DNA of 62,907 bases, the filler included, from Pseudomonadota bacterium (GTDB lineage: Bacteria > Bdellovibrionota_F > JAHFAK01 > JBDREC01), in the NCBI GenBank assembly GCA_043820105.1. It is 6 parts of 6 records of this genome, joined end to end, with 100 filler letters (N's around TTAATTAATTAA, not from the genome) between each part and the next. Parts side by side here need not be neighbours in the genome. Positions count along the whole stretch, not along the records: positions 44,685 to 62,907 come from JBDREC010000008.1; 5 more parts are not named here. One strand, given 5' to 3'. The position numbers and the translations under genes are program-made. The notes beneath the pieces were generated by a model. It was not told the origin of the DNA. It did not search any database and was given only the letters and a program-made list of their open reading frames with translations. This document shows, piece by piece, positions 48,737 through 59,994 of the stretch (positions are counted from its first letter, which is position 1; each line of letters opens with the position of its first letter).

Positions 48737-51445
48737 ATGACAGATAAATATGTATATCGATTTGGTGGTGATTCTACCGATGGAAATGCTGAAATGAAGA
48801 ACTTATTGGGTGGAAAAGGGGCAAACCTTGCTGAAATGTCAAATATTGGAATACCAGTTCCAGCTGGTTTTACGATTACTACAGACGTTTGTACCTACTA
48901 TTACAAAAATGATTTAAACTATCCTTCAGAACTTAATAATGAAGTTTTGGATGGCATCGCGCATATTGAAAATGTAATGGGTGGCAAGTTTGGTGATAAT
49001 GAAAATCCATTATTAGTATCTGTGCGCTCAGGGGCTCGTGCTTCTATGCCTGGTATGATGGATACTATATTGAACCTTGGTCTTAATGATGCAACTGTAG
49101 AAGGTCTTGCCAAAAAAACAAATAATGAACGATTTGCATATGATTGTTACAGAAGATTTGTGCAAATGTATGGAGATGTTGTTTTAGGCCTTAAACCAGA
49201 ATCTAAAGATGATATTGATCCATTTGAAGAAATTTTAGAAAAGAAAAAAGAAGAAAAAGGAATCGAATTTGACCATGAATTAACTGGCGAAGATCTTAAA
49301 GCATTAGTTACTGAATTCAAAAAAGTAATTTTAGAGAAAACTGCAAATGAATTCCCAGAGGATCCTAAAGAACAACTTTGGGGAGCAGTTGGAGCAGTTT
49401 TTGGTTCATGGCAAAATGATAGGGCAGATACTTATAGAAGACTAAATAATATTCCAGCAGAATGGGGAACAGCTGTTAATGTTCAGGCAATGGTATTTGG
49501 CAACATGGGTGAAGATTGTGGAACAGGCGTTGCTTTTACAAGAGACCCTGCAAGTGGTGAAAATGTTTTCTATGGCGAATATTTAATTAATGCACAAGGC
49601 GAAGATGTTGTTGCAGGAACAAGAACTCCTCTGCCTATTAGTAAATTACAAGAAGACAAACCTGAAATTTATGCTCAACTTGAAGGTTTTTATAAGAAAC
49701 TAGAACATCATTATAAAGACATGCAGGATCTTGAGTTTACAATCCAGAATGACAAACTATGGATGCTTCAAACAAGAGTTGGAAAAAGAACAGGTTTTGC
49801 TTCATTTAGAATTGCCGTTGATATGGTTTCCGAAGGGCTTATTACAAAAGAAGAAGCTTTATTGAGAGTTGAACCTGATCAATTAAATCAACTTTTAAGA
49901 CCAATTTTTGATATGGATCAAAAAAAAGAAGCTGTTTCTGCGGGTAGACTTCTTGCTAAAGGTTTGAATGCAGGACCTGGAGCAGCTTGTGGAAAAGTTG
50001 TTTTTAATGCACATGATGCAGTTGAGGGCAAGAAAAATGGCGATAACGTAATTCTAACAAGGATTGAAACAAGTCCAGAAGACATAAAAGGCATGGATGC
50101 TTCTTTAGGTATTCTAACTGCTCGTGGTGGAATGACTTCTCACGCTGCCCTGGTTGCCAGGCAAATGGGAAAAGTTTGTGTAGCTGGTTGCGGTGAGCTG
50201 CAGATAGATTACAAAGAAAGAACTATGACTGTTCGTGATAAAGTTATTAAGGAAGGTGATTTTATTTCTATTGATGGAACAACAGGTGAAGTTATTCAAG
50301 GTCAGATTGAAACAAGACCTTCAGAAGTTTTGCAAGTTCTTTTAAAGAAAACACTTGATCCCTCTGAATCCAAGACTTTCCAGGCCTATGATTGTTTCAT
50401 GAAATGGGCTGATGAATATAGAAAGTTAAATATTCGTACAAATGCTGACCAACCAGATCAATCTGAAACAGCTATTGCTTTTGGGGCAGAAGGTATTGGT
50501 CTTTGCAGAACAGAGCACATGTTTTTTGGCGGAGATAGAATTAACTCCGTTAGAGAAATGATTCTTTCAGACACTGAAAAAGGAAGACGTGGGGCACTTG
50601 AAAAACTATTGCCAATGCAACAAGAAGACTTTGAGGGAATTTTTAGAGCAATGGAACACAGGCCTGTTACAATTAGAACACTAGATCCACCTTTACATGA
50701 ATTCCTACCTCACACAGAAAAAGAAATCGAGGAATTATCAATTGAAATGGATGTTTCAATTGATAAATTAAAAGCAAAAATTGAGTCCTTACATGAAATG
50801 AATCCAATGCTAGGTCATAGAGGATGTAGACTTGGTATTTCTTTCCCTGAAATTACAGAAATGCAAGCAAGAGCAATCCTGCAAGCTGCTTGTGTTGTTA
50901 AAAAAGAAGGCGTTGAAGTAAAACCTGAAATCATGATTCCACTTATTTCACATGTTAATGAACTAAAAGACCAGGAACAGATCGTTCGAAGAGTTGCCAA
51001 AGAAGTATTTGAAAAATTTGAACTTGAAGTTGATTATTTAGTTGGTACTATGATCGAAATTCCTAGGGCTGCTATCACTGCTGATAAAGTAGCAGAAGTT
51101 GCTGAATTCTTCTCATTTGGAACCAATGATTTAACTCAAATGGCTTTTGGTCTTTCAAGAGATGATGCTGGAACTTTCCTGCCTTCATACGTTGAAAAAG
51201 ACATTTTACCTGCTGATCCATTCCAGACAGTTGATCAAGAGGGTGTTGGCGAGCTTATGAAGATAGCCATTGCAAAAGGAAGACAAGCAAGAAAGGGTTT
51301 GAAAATTGGTATTTGCGGTGAACACGGTGGTGATCCTGCATCAGTTGAATTCTGTCATAGAATAGGCCAGGATTATGTTTCTTGTTCACCATATAGAGTT
51401 CCAATTGCACGACTTGCTGCTGCCCAAGCTGTTTTAAGGAAATAA
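48737..51445 (+). CDS. ppdK: Pyruvate, phosphate dikinase
   Basis: [57 protein letters not shown]. Confidence 0.98.
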   Translation: MTDKYVYRFGGDSTDGNAEMKNLLGGKGANLAEMSNIGIPVPAGFTITTDVCTYYYKNDLNYPSELNNEVLDGIAHIENVMGGKFGDNENPLLVSVRSGARASMPGMMDTILNLGLNDATVEGLAKKTNNERFAYDCYRRFVQMYGDVVLGLKPESKDDIDPFEEILEKKKEEKGIEFDHELTGEDLKALVTEFKKVILEKTANEFPEDPKEQLWGAVGAVFGSWQNDRADTYRRLNNIPAEWGTAVNVQAMVFGNMGEDCGTGVAFTRDPASGENVFYGEYLINAQGEDVVAGTRTPLPISKLQEDKPEIYAQLEGFYKKLEHHYKDMQDLEFTIQNDKLWMLQTRVGKRTGFASFRIAVDMVSEGLITKEEALLRVEPDQLNQLLRPIFDMDQKKEAVSAGRLLAKGLNAGPGAACGKVVFNAHDAVEGKKNGDNVILTRIETSPEDIKGMDASLGILTARGGMTSHAALVARQMGKVCVAGCGELQIDYKERTMTVRDKVIKEGDFISIDGTTGEVIQGQIETRPSEVLQVLLKKTLDPSESKTFQAYDCFMKWADEYRKLNIRTNADQPDQSETAIAFGAEGIGLCRTEHMFFGGDRINSVREMILSDTEKGRRGALEKLLPMQQEDFEGIFRAMEHRPVTIRTLDPPLHEFLPHTEKEIEELSIEMDVSIDKLKAKIESLHEMNPMLGHRGCRLGISFPEITEMQARAILQAACVVKKEGVEVKPEIMIPLISHVNELKDQEQIVRRVAKEVFEKFELEVDYLVGTMIEIPRAAITADKVAEVAEFFSFGTNDLTQMAFGLSRDDAGTFLPSYVEKDILPADPFQTVDQEGVGELMKIAIAKGRQARKGLKIGICGEHGGDPASVEFCHRIGQDYVSCSPYRVPIARLAAAQAVLRK

Positions 51446-51637
51446 CACTTTCCACTCTTGCCCGATTTCCTTTTCTATTAAAATCAGGGAATGTACGGAA
51501 TTGAATGAGAGGATCGGTTTTGATTTAGCTTACGATTGTGAAACGTCGCCCTCACCATTTCGATACCGAAAACGACTCCTTACCATAACCATCAATCGAT
51601 ACGGACCTCATTACCAAAACCGTATTCAAAATAATAT

Positions 51638-52735
51638 CTACAGTGTATTCAGTTTCGTAATTCTCTTTGAGCAAACACTTGAAAGTGTGATTGGCTTCTT
51701 TGATATTTTTTCCCAAAGTTTGTCATGGGCCTTTAATAGAGTTGAATAGACGCTTTTGGGTACTTTTTCCCAAGCCTTTTCTTTGCTTTTTATAAGTGTT
51801 TCTAGATCTTTATATTCTGTGCATGGAAACCTTTCATGCCAGTAATCGAATACAGAATTATTTTTTAAAGCTATTTCTTTAACTTGATCCCAATATTCTA
51901 CAACATCTTCTTTATAGGTTGTTATGTCAAAACTTCTTGAGCCAGCATCATAAATTGTGCATCTTTCTAAAGCATATTCAAGTTTATCAAATTGTGAAAG
52001 CTCAAGTTCCGGAGTTAATAGGGCAGGGGATCTTAATAGATCAGTTCCTGTAAGTTTTATGGAAAGTTTTGAATTATCATTTGCCAGGCCAAAGATTCCA
52101 TCTAAATAAATTATATATGTGTTTTCAAACTTTGGGAAATTCTTTTTAAATTTTTTATGGAATTTATATAAGATCTCATCTGTTTTTGCGCAGCCTATTG
52201 TGTAAAAAACAATATTTCGAATTTGAATTTTATTTTCTAGAAAATACTGGCCAATTCTTTCAAAACCATTTTCAATTGTTGAACCAGTTGCAATTACATC
52301 ACCACAAAAGATATTTGCCTCATCATAAAAGGTGAATTTTTGGTATTGATCATCTTTTATTTTCCACTCATTTTGCCTTTTATAGCGCTGTGAGGAGAGA
52401 AATGAAGAGCAATGGTTCTTTATACCAAAAGAAGTAGAAATTGCTCTTCTAAGGCCAAAATTTAGACCTCCTCTTAAAAAAGATAAAATATTAAAAGTTT
52501 TTTCATCTTTAATATTAAGGAATTTTTTCTTGTCTGGAAAAGCTTTTAAAGAAAGAACAAGGGCCTTTTCTAGATAGTCAGTATACTTAAAACCTACAAG
52601 TTCTGGTTGATTGCAAATAGCTCTTGAATAAGTGCTGGTGAAAACATATCGTTTAAAACTATCTTCAAATTTGCTGTTTTTTACTTTGTAATAATTACCA
52701 TTTTTATTATTATCTAACTTTATTAATTTATCCAT
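51638..52735 (-). CDS. Hypothetical protein with a type I phosphoribosyltransferase-like motif
   Basis: FLRGGLNF and IFCGDVIATGSTI resemble the UPRTase LRAG and PRPP-binding loops. Confidence 0.6.
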   Translation of the reverse strand: MDKLIKLDNNKNGNYYKVKNSKFEDSFKRYVFTSTYSRAICNQPELVGFKYTDYLEKALVLSLKAFPDKKKFLNIKDEKTFNILSFLRGGLNFGLRRAISTSFGIKNHCSSFLSSQRYKRQNEWKIKDDQYQKFTFYDEANIFCGDVIATGSTIENGFERIGQYFLENKIQIRNIVFYTIGCAKTDEILYKFHKKFKKNFPKFENTYIIYLDGIFGLANDNSKLSIKLTGTDLLRSPALLTPELELSQFDKLEYALERCTIYDAGSRSFDITTYKEDVVEYWDQVKEIALKNNSVFDYWHERFPCTEYKDLETLIKSKEKAWEKVPKSVYSTLLKAHDKLWEKISKKPITLSSVCSKRITKLNTL

Positions 52736-52840
52736 AATCTAACATTCCCAGTTCAAATATAATTATTTATCTGTTACAGAAATGTAGATTTAAAATCAAG
52801 CATGATTTTGAACCATAAACTATAAATGTTGTGTTTAGTA

Positions 52841-53770
52841 TTATTCAGTTAGTAATTCTTCAATTGTTTGATAATTGCCATCAGAAAAGCATTCGTTGAA
52901 TTCTGTTTTAGAATAATATGAGCCGCCGAAATTGTAACCTGCTTGTACATCTTTTCCATAGATATAGAAATAAGAGACATTTCCTTCAAGGTCGATTTCT
53001 GTGCCATCATCACAGACACTGCTTTCTGATACATCTTCTCCATAAGAAGAAGCTGACATTGCAAACATGTTAGCAGCTGTTGGTGTGTATGATGAATCAC
53101 CATATGTGTTTAACATTACCATAAATCCATCAAATATAAAAAATTCGCCTTCTAAAATATATGCGCTATCTGGGTCTTCTTTAGATTCACCAGAAAACAT
53201 TCTAAAGGTATTATCTTCAAATTGCAGGAATGAAATAAAAGGATCAGCGCATTCACCTTCTTCATCACAAGTCCCATCTTCAAATGGATTTCCATCAAGA
53301 TATTCAACGATTTCAGCATCAACATTTCTAGTTGTAGTTCTTCTTGGTTCAACTATTAAAACTATTGAGTCAGGGCTTGCGCCATATTCTGCTAGCTTAG
53401 CTTCCAGATTTGCAATAGATTCTTCAGGAGAATTTTCATCAAAATATTCTTTCATTGTTCTTAATGTACTAACGCCTTCAGCAGCTGAGGGAGTATCATT
53501 TGCATCATTTGGATCTGTGCCATAAGTTTCTTCTAATGAGTCATAATAACCATCGCCATCTGAATCAACAAAACTGGCTGAATCACTTCCTAGGGTCCAA
53601 GAAGTTGAAGATCCTGCTTCTCCATCTAAATAACTTGTACTACCATCGCCACTTGTGAAAGTAGATCCACCGTCATCCATATTTCTGCTTGAAAAACCAG
53701 TTTGACAGGAGATTATTAAACTTCCTATTCCTAAGACTAAAACTAAATTTCGTAGGTAAAATTTTTTCAT
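52841..53770 (-). CDS. Acidic lipoprotein with a Ca-binding DxDxDG repeat
   Basis: Lipobox IISC; DSDGDGYYDSLEETYGTDPNDAND. Confidence 0.75.
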   Translation of the reverse strand: MKKFYLRNLVLVLGIGSLIISCQTGFSSRNMDDGGSTFTSGDGSTSYLDGEAGSSTSWTLGSDSASFVDSDGDGYYDSLEETYGTDPNDANDTPSAAEGVSTLRTMKEYFDENSPEESIANLEAKLAEYGASPDSIVLIVEPRRTTTRNVDAEIVEYLDGNPFEDGTCDEEGECADPFISFLQFEDNTFRMFSGESKEDPDSAYILEGEFFIFDGFMVMLNTYGDSSYTPTAANMFAMSASSYGEDVSESSVCDDGTEIDLEGNVSYFYIYGKDVQAGYNFGGSYYSKTEFNECFSDGNYQTIEELLTE

Positions 53771-53814
53771 ATGCTTTAATCCTGCACATTATTAATCATT
53801 TTAATATCTTAAGT

Positions 53815-53830
53815 TGCAACATGTGTGCCA
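53815..53830 (-). promoter_or_regulatory. Sigma54 promoter
   Basis: TGGCACACATGTTGCA, full TGGCAC-N5-TTGCA consensus, 44 bp before the lipoprotein ATG. Confidence 0.75.
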
Positions 53831-54081
53831 TTATAAGTAGTTTTTAGATGGAATTAAATTTGTATAGAAGTGCTTGAAATAATTGACTATAATTGACAAC
53901 AATCTATGCTTGTTCTGTGAAGGGTGAATTTTTATTAAAGCTAGTTTTTTTTATAGAGAAAAAAACAAGCACAATTCATATAAATAGCCTGAATTTTCAA
54001 CAATTGATTTTGACTTTTAAAAATAAAAGAAATAGTTTATCTTTTCAATGGTTTAGATGTATTGTTTTTGGAGTAAGTAAT

Positions 54082-54957
54082 TTGCCAGAGATAAAAAAAG
54101 TTTTAATTGTTCGAAAATTAAGCACATATGAGACTTTTTCCCTTGAAAAAAGCAACCTTAGCAAAAAGCAACTTGAAAAATATGAAAAATATCACCTTGA
54201 AAACCTAGAAACAATTGAAAAAGTAAAAGCTGTATTAGAAAATCTATCAATTAAATATAAAATAAAAAAACGAACTGAAGTTAAAAAAATATCAAAACAG
54301 GATCTGGTAATTTCTATTGGCGGGGATGGTACTTTTTTTGATACTGCAAGGCTTGTAAAAGATATTCCCATTATTTCTATTAATTCAAATAAAATGGGTT
54401 CTGTTGCTTTATTTAGTTCAATGGATATTTCAAATATAGAAAAAAAGCTCTATAAGCTTTTAACAAAACCATTAATACCTCTTTTTCTAAACCGAATGCA
54501 AATTATTTTAAATAATAAAATTTTAGATGATTTTATTTTAAATGATATTTTAATAGCCAATGCCTCACCCGTGAATATGTCAAAGTACATAATTTCTATT
54601 GATGGAATTAGAGAATCGCAGAGAAGTTCAGGTGTTTGGATTAGTACTGCTGCAGGATCTACAGGAGGCATATTTTCAGCTGGTGCTAAGGCTTTACCCT
54701 TGGGTTCAAAAAGATTACAGTTTCTAATTAGAGAACCAGTGAATAAAAGACTTTATAAATACTCAAAAGGTTTTATTAAAGAAGGGCAAAAATTTAATAT
54801 AATTTCAAAGATGCCAAATGGTAAAATTTATTTAGATGGTTCTACAAAATATTATTCTTTTAATATCCAGGATAAATGTTCTTTAGTAATTTCACCACAT
54901 CCTTTAAAAATTCTTGGCTTTGATAAGAAAAAAAGAAATTCTTATGTTAGTTCATAA
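54082..54957 (+). CDS. NAD(+)/NADH kinase
   Basis: IGGDGT, LND, SSGVWISTAAGSTG; TTG at 54082 after GGAG preferred as start. Confidence 0.88.
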   Translation: MPEIKKVLIVRKLSTYETFSLEKSNLSKKQLEKYEKYHLENLETIEKVKAVLENLSIKYKIKKRTEVKKISKQDLVISIGGDGTFFDTARLVKDIPIISINSNKMGSVALFSSMDISNIEKKLYKLLTKPLIPLFLNRMQIILNNKILDDFILNDILIANASPVNMSKYIISIDGIRESQRSSGVWISTAAGSTGGIFSAGAKALPLGSKRLQFLIREPVNKRLYKYSKGFIKEGQKFNIISKMPNGKIYLDGSTKYYSFNIQDKCSLVISPHPLKILGFDKKKRNSYVSS

Positions 54958-54975
54958 AAGGTTGGCATAAATATT

Positions 54976-56403
54976 ATGAAAAAAAATATTTCAATTCTTT
55001 TTCTTTTTCTTTTTCTTTTTCATACAGAAAAGCCTTTTGCCAGTGATCTGCAAAATATTTTTAAAAATGTTATTGAATATAAAATTGAAGATGGTCCAAG
55101 GTTTTTGCTTTATCAAAGAAATCATACTTCAACTGTTGCTTTTAATATTGTATATCCTTATGGTGCTACTAGTGATCCAAAGGGTAAAAGTGGTTTGATG
55201 CATGTTCTTGAGCATATGTCTTTTCATGGAACAAATATAGTTTCAGGTAACTATTTTGGAACTTATACAAAAATTGGTTCAAATGGACCTTCAGCTACAA
55301 CAGCTTATGATTATATTTCTTTTAAAAATGTTTTGCCAGCTCCCGCGATAAAAGCCTGGTTTATTTTAGAATCTGACAAAATGCTTTTTCCTTTGTTTAC
55401 GAACTTTGCAGCTGAACTGGAAATTGTTAAGAAAGAAAAATATTTCAGAGAACTTTCGCACCCACACAAAGAATTTATTAAAAATTATTTAAATTTTGTA
55501 TTTGCTGGTACTACTCAAAATCGGATGCCTGTAATCGGTACTTCTGAAGACCTTAACAATTTGAAGCAAAATGATGTTATTGACCATTTCAAGAAATACT
55601 TCAATCCAACAAATGCTACAATTTCAATAGTTGGGAAATTTGATCTGGCAAATGTCCTGAGTCTTATAGAAAAATATTTTGGAGAAATTGGGAAAATTGA
55701 TCGGAATAAATTGGATTTTGATGAAAATGGTTACCCTGTTGTCAAAGAAATTAAAGAGCTTCAGGGAATTACTTTTAACAATTCACCTGCACCACCATTG
55801 TACAAAAAGGAAAAAATATCAGATTTAAAAAAAATAAATAAGGAACATATTTATGTAGAAAAAAGTGAGACGGCACCGGTGTTACTTTTATCATTTTTTA
55901 GACCACCTTCTGAAAAATTAAGCATTGAATCTGTTGCTCTAAATGTTTTGGCTTATTTCTTAAACAAAGAAGAATCCAGTTTTAGAAATGCTTTACGTAA
56001 AAATGAAGCAATCAAGGAATTAGTAGTTAGTGATCCTGAACCCACAGATAACAAAGATGATCTTTTTCTTATTATTACTTTTCTTAATCCGGGATTTGAA
56101 TTAAATTTTTCATTGCTTGAGGATTTTATAATCAATAGCATAAAAACTGAAATCATTAATAATTTAGATGAATCGTTTCTTAATAAAATAAAACAAAAGA
56201 TGATATTTGAATTTTATGCAAATAAATCCACAAATCTTGAAATCGCTCAAATGCTTGCCAAATCTTCTTCTCACTTTCAAAATTTAAAATATAATGGCGA
56301 GTACTTGGAATTAATTAAAAAAGTTACAATCAATGATTTAAATTGTCTGATAAAGAATTATTTTTCTAAAGAAAACATTTTTATTGGAAGGCTTGGCAAT
56401 TAG
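54976..56403 (+). CDS. M16 family peptidase, catalytic subunit
   Basis: Signal peptide; inverted zincin HVLEH; YFNPTNA...IVG. Confidence 0.88.
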   Translation: MKKNISILFLFLFLFHTEKPFASDLQNIFKNVIEYKIEDGPRFLLYQRNHTSTVAFNIVYPYGATSDPKGKSGLMHVLEHMSFHGTNIVSGNYFGTYTKIGSNGPSATTAYDYISFKNVLPAPAIKAWFILESDKMLFPLFTNFAAELEIVKKEKYFRELSHPHKEFIKNYLNFVFAGTTQNRMPVIGTSEDLNNLKQNDVIDHFKKYFNPTNATISIVGKFDLANVLSLIEKYFGEIGKIDRNKLDFDENGYPVVKEIKELQGITFNNSPAPPLYKKEKISDLKKINKEHIYVEKSETAPVLLLSFFRPPSEKLSIESVALNVLAYFLNKEESSFRNALRKNEAIKELVVSDPEPTDNKDDLFLIITFLNPGFELNFSLLEDFIINSIKTEIINNLDESFLNKIKQKMIFEFYANKSTNLEIAQMLAKSSSHFQNLKYNGEYLELIKKVTINDLNCLIKNYFSKENIFIGRLGN

Positions 56404-56412
56404 GATAAACAA

Positions 56413-57816
56413 ATGACTAAATTAAAATTTATTTTTATATCTTTAATAATAGTATTTATTAGCTCATGCACTACTGCAGTGAAAAAAAGAAGTGCATTTG
56501 ACGAATTGAATTTTATTACAAATCAGGAATATAAAATCGACAAACTTAAATACGATTCCTTGCAGTTAGAAAGTGGCATATCACTAAATTATTTAAAAAA
56601 TAATGAAACACCAATTGTGAATATTTTATTTATAATTAGTAATGCAGGTTCCATCTTTGATCCAAAAGGAAAAAAAGGTTTATCAGATCTTACATGCTCT
56701 GTAATTAAAGAAAAACTGGATGATAGCCTTACAAAAAATGGTAATTTTAAAAATGGATATTTATTGGAAAGTTATACTAGTCCATTTTATACAATATTCA
56801 AGGCAAGTGTTTATTCTGAGGATGTTGGAAATTATTTGAAATATTTTGGCAGAACTTTGAAATTAGTTAGCTTTAATCAAGACAAGATAAATAAACTTTC
56901 TTTGAGAATTGATAATTCTCGAGAAAGCTTTGAATATTATGACTTTGTGCAGGTCTTAAAATCAAGGCTATTTGCAAAAACGAATCCGTTAGGAGCATTG
57001 CCTTTTGATAAAACAGAATTAAATTTTTCAGATCTAGAACTTGCTGGTTTTTTTAAAAAACATTATGACCCTTCAAAAATGGCTCTTTTTGCAAGTGGAG
57101 ATATTGCATCTAATCAATTTTTTAAATACTGTGAGGATTATCTGGATTTAGATTTAAAGGCAGTAAATACACAGCAATATAATTTTAATGAAATATCTGA
57201 TTCAATAGCCAGACTGTTTATCTATAAGATGAATACAAGTATGGCTACAATTGTTACTGGAAATCATATTAAAGATTCAAGTATTGAGGATTTGCCATAT
57301 ATCAAATTATTAATTAATATGATTAATAATAGAATTATTGCTATTATCAGGGGCAGGGAAAACATGAGCTATTTTATTACCTCAGAATTACACAACCCTG
57401 GTTTTGATGGTACTGCACTAAGACCTGGTGTCTTTTTTATTATTGGTAGCACTGAATATTCAAATATTCCAAATTTTATTAAACTAATTTTTCAAGAACT
57501 TGATAAAATTAAACTCGAAGGTTTTAGTGACTATGAAATAAATATTAATAAAAACAAATTAATAAATTCATTATATTTTGAGGATGAAAATATTGTTGAT
57601 TATATGTTATTTGATTACGAAAGAAAAAATAATGGGTATGGTAGTAACTATTTGGAAAATTTTATTGATCAACTGTCAAAATTAGACAAAAGCAGAATGT
57701 TCGATTTATATAAAAAATATTTTGATTCTATGTCCTTTAAAACCGTCGTTTTTGGGAAAGAAATGTTAATTAAAAATAGGTTACTAAATGAAAACATCGA
57801 AATAATAAATCCATGA
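56413..57816 (+). CDS. M16 family non-catalytic subunit, lipoprotein
   Basis: Lipobox ISSC; GS.FDP.GK.GL, IRGRE.MSY; lacks HxxEH. Confidence 0.8.
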   Translation: MTKLKFIFISLIIVFISSCTTAVKKRSAFDELNFITNQEYKIDKLKYDSLQLESGISLNYLKNNETPIVNILFIISNAGSIFDPKGKKGLSDLTCSVIKEKLDDSLTKNGNFKNGYLLESYTSPFYTIFKASVYSEDVGNYLKYFGRTLKLVSFNQDKINKLSLRIDNSRESFEYYDFVQVLKSRLFAKTNPLGALPFDKTELNFSDLELAGFFKKHYDPSKMALFASGDIASNQFFKYCEDYLDLDLKAVNTQQYNFNEISDSIARLFIYKMNTSMATIVTGNHIKDSSIEDLPYIKLLINMINNRIIAIIRGRENMSYFITSELHNPGFDGTALRPGVFFIIGSTEYSNIPNFIKLIFQELDKIKLEGFSDYEININKNKLINSLYFEDENIVDYMLFDYERKNNGYGSNYLENFIDQLSKLDKSRMFDLYKKYFDSMSFKTVVFGKEMLIKNRLLNENIEIINP

Positions 57817-57919
57817 AATTTGGATATAACTTTGGTTTTTTAATAAATCTTTTGACACCTATAATTTTGTCAATATACTCAAGCGCAATTAAAATGAAAT
57901 TAGTTTAGGAGTAACTGAT

Positions 57920-58522
57920 ATGAAAAAAGCAATTGTTTTATTTCTGGTATTATCAATGATTTTTATTGTTTCTTGTAGCTCGAAACGAAGAGTTACCCGT
58001 GTCAATCCTGATGAAGCTATTGATTTGTCTGGAAGATGGAATGATACTGACTCAAACTTGGTATCAAAAGAAATGATTAAGGATTGTTTGTCCGGCTCTT
58101 GGATTGATAAGTATAAAGCTCAAAACAAAAAGGCTCCTGTTGTGATTGTTGGAAGAGTTGTTAATAAAAGTCATGAAAGAATTAATGTTGAAACTTTTGT
58201 TAAAGATCTTGAAAGAGCTTTAATTAACTCCGGTGAAGTTGACTTTGTTGCTGACAAATCTCAAAGAGAAGAGCTAAGAAGCGAAAGACAAGATCAGGCA
58301 ATGAATGCTTCTGATGACACTCAAAAATCACCAGGACACGAAATTGGAGCTGATTTTATGGTAAAAGGGCAAATTCACACAACATTAGATACTCTTGGTG
58401 GGGAACAAGTAAGAGCCTATCAAGTTGAACTAGAACTTATTGATATTAAAACAAACAGAAAAGCTTGGATACTTCAAAAGAAAATTAAGAAGTATATTGA
58501 AAAGGCAGATACATCTTGGTAG
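57920..58522 (+). CDS. LpoB-family lipoprotein
   Basis: Lipobox IVSC; DLSGRWNDTD, NKSHERI, GADF...G.I. Confidence 0.82.
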   Translation: MKKAIVLFLVLSMIFIVSCSSKRRVTRVNPDEAIDLSGRWNDTDSNLVSKEMIKDCLSGSWIDKYKAQNKKAPVVIVGRVVNKSHERINVETFVKDLERALINSGEVDFVADKSQREELRSERQDQAMNASDDTQKSPGHEIGADFMVKGQIHTTLDTLGGEQVRAYQVELELIDIKTNRKAWILQKKIKKYIEKADTSW

Positions 58523-58585
58523 TTTTGGGGAAAGTATTTAGTATTCAGTGATTTGCATGTTAATAATTTATTGTAAGTATGTGTA

Positions 58586-59971
58586 TTGATGAAAAAGATT
58601 TTTTTTATCCTTTTTTTGATTCCAATAATAATCACTTCTGTAACTTCCTGTGGTGTTAGTCAGAAACATTGGCACAATATTGAACAACAGATGCGCTATG
58701 GCGAACTTGAAGACGCAACATTAGCAATTGATGAGAAAAAAGAATCTGAATATGGAGAAAGGAATGCTGTTTTATATTATCTTGATAAGGCAATTTTACT
58801 TCATCATTTAGGTAAATATCAAGAAAGCACTAAGTATTTTGATTTAGCGGAAAAAAAAATAGATGATCTATATACAGTAAGTATTTCAAATCAAGCAGCT
58901 TCACTAACAACCAATGATAACCTTGTGCCATATGATGGGGAAGATTTTGAAGAAGCATTGTTAAATCTGTTTACTGCTTTAAATTTTGCATATGCTGGAG
59001 ACTGGGAAAATGCCTTGGTTGAAGGCAGGCAAGTTGATCATCAGTTGCAAGTTCTCAGCGATAGATATGAAAAAGAGAATAAAGACCTTAAAGAAGATGA
59101 AAAACCTACAAAGGTTGTTTATACTGAAGATGCATTTATCAGATACCTTATGGGGCTATTTTTTGAAGCCCAGGGTGAATATAATGATGCCTTAATATTT
59201 TTCAGAAAAGCATATGAAGCTTATCAGAAATATGAAAAATATTATAATACCAAGACACCAGAAATAGTTATTCAAGATTACTTAAGGCAGCTTAAATCAA
59301 GTGGCTTAAAAAACGAATTTGCAGAAATTCAAAAGAAACATCCTGGTGTTAAGTATTTATCAAGAAAAGAATATGATAAGCATGCAAGTGTAATTTTTAT
59401 TCATTACGCTGGCTTTGCACCCTATAAAGAAGATGAAGTAGTTGGCACAGCCCAGTTTGGCTATATTGCTGGTCCAAATGTTGCCTTGCCATATTATGTT
59501 CCACGTCCACCTTATATTCAAAAAGCCCAAATAAAATTAAAGGGAAAAAAAGAATATATACAAGAAACAGTTTTAGCTGAAAATATTACCAAAATCGCAG
59601 TAAGAAACTTAGAAGACCGTTATCCATCAATTGTTAGACGAGCCATTGCACGCCTGGTAATAAAAGAAGGTGTGAAGTTTGCTACAAAAGTAATGTCAAA
59701 AGCTGATAATGATACTGTTAAAGCAGTTGGTACAGTTTTAAATATTGGAACAATTATTGCAGCCTGGGCAACTGAAAGAGCAGATAAACGAAGCTGGAGG
59801 CTTTTGCCTGCAAGTATTAACATTGCACGCGTTTATGTAAAGCCAGGAAAATATAAGCTTGATGCTAAGTTCTTAAATAAGTATAATAATCCTCAATTTT
59901 CGGAATCTTTTGGTGAAATGACTTTGCAATCAAAAGAGATAAAGGTAATTGGTTTTAGAACATATAGATAA
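58586..59971 (+). CDS. COG3014-type TPR lipoprotein
   Basis: Lipobox VTSC; Y.GEDFE, ALVEGR, ERADKRSWRLLP; usual LpoB neighbour. Confidence 0.8.
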   Translation: MMKKIFFILFLIPIIITSVTSCGVSQKHWHNIEQQMRYGELEDATLAIDEKKESEYGERNAVLYYLDKAILLHHLGKYQESTKYFDLAEKKIDDLYTVSISNQAASLTTNDNLVPYDGEDFEEALLNLFTALNFAYAGDWENALVEGRQVDHQLQVLSDRYEKENKDLKEDEKPTKVVYTEDAFIRYLMGLFFEAQGEYNDALIFFRKAYEAYQKYEKYYNTKTPEIVIQDYLRQLKSSGLKNEFAEIQKKHPGVKYLSRKEYDKHASVIFIHYAGFAPYKEDEVVGTAQFGYIAGPNVALPYYVPRPPYIQKAQIKLKGKKEYIQETVLAENITKIAVRNLEDRYPSIVRRAIARLVIKEGVKFATKVMSKADNDTVKAVGTVLNIGTIIAAWATERADKRSWRLLPASINIARVYVKPGKYKLDAKFLNKYNNPQFSESFGEMTLQSKEIKVIGFRTYR

Positions 59972-59994
59972 TAATTTATTTTAGGAGTTATCCA

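Noticed and set aside
51501-51749. 82-aa ORF after ppdK
   Set aside because: Overlaps the convergent gene and has no recognisable features.
53067-53525. 152-aa plus-strand ORF and other short antisense ORFs in the track
   Set aside because: Shadow frames of well-supported genes on the opposite strand.
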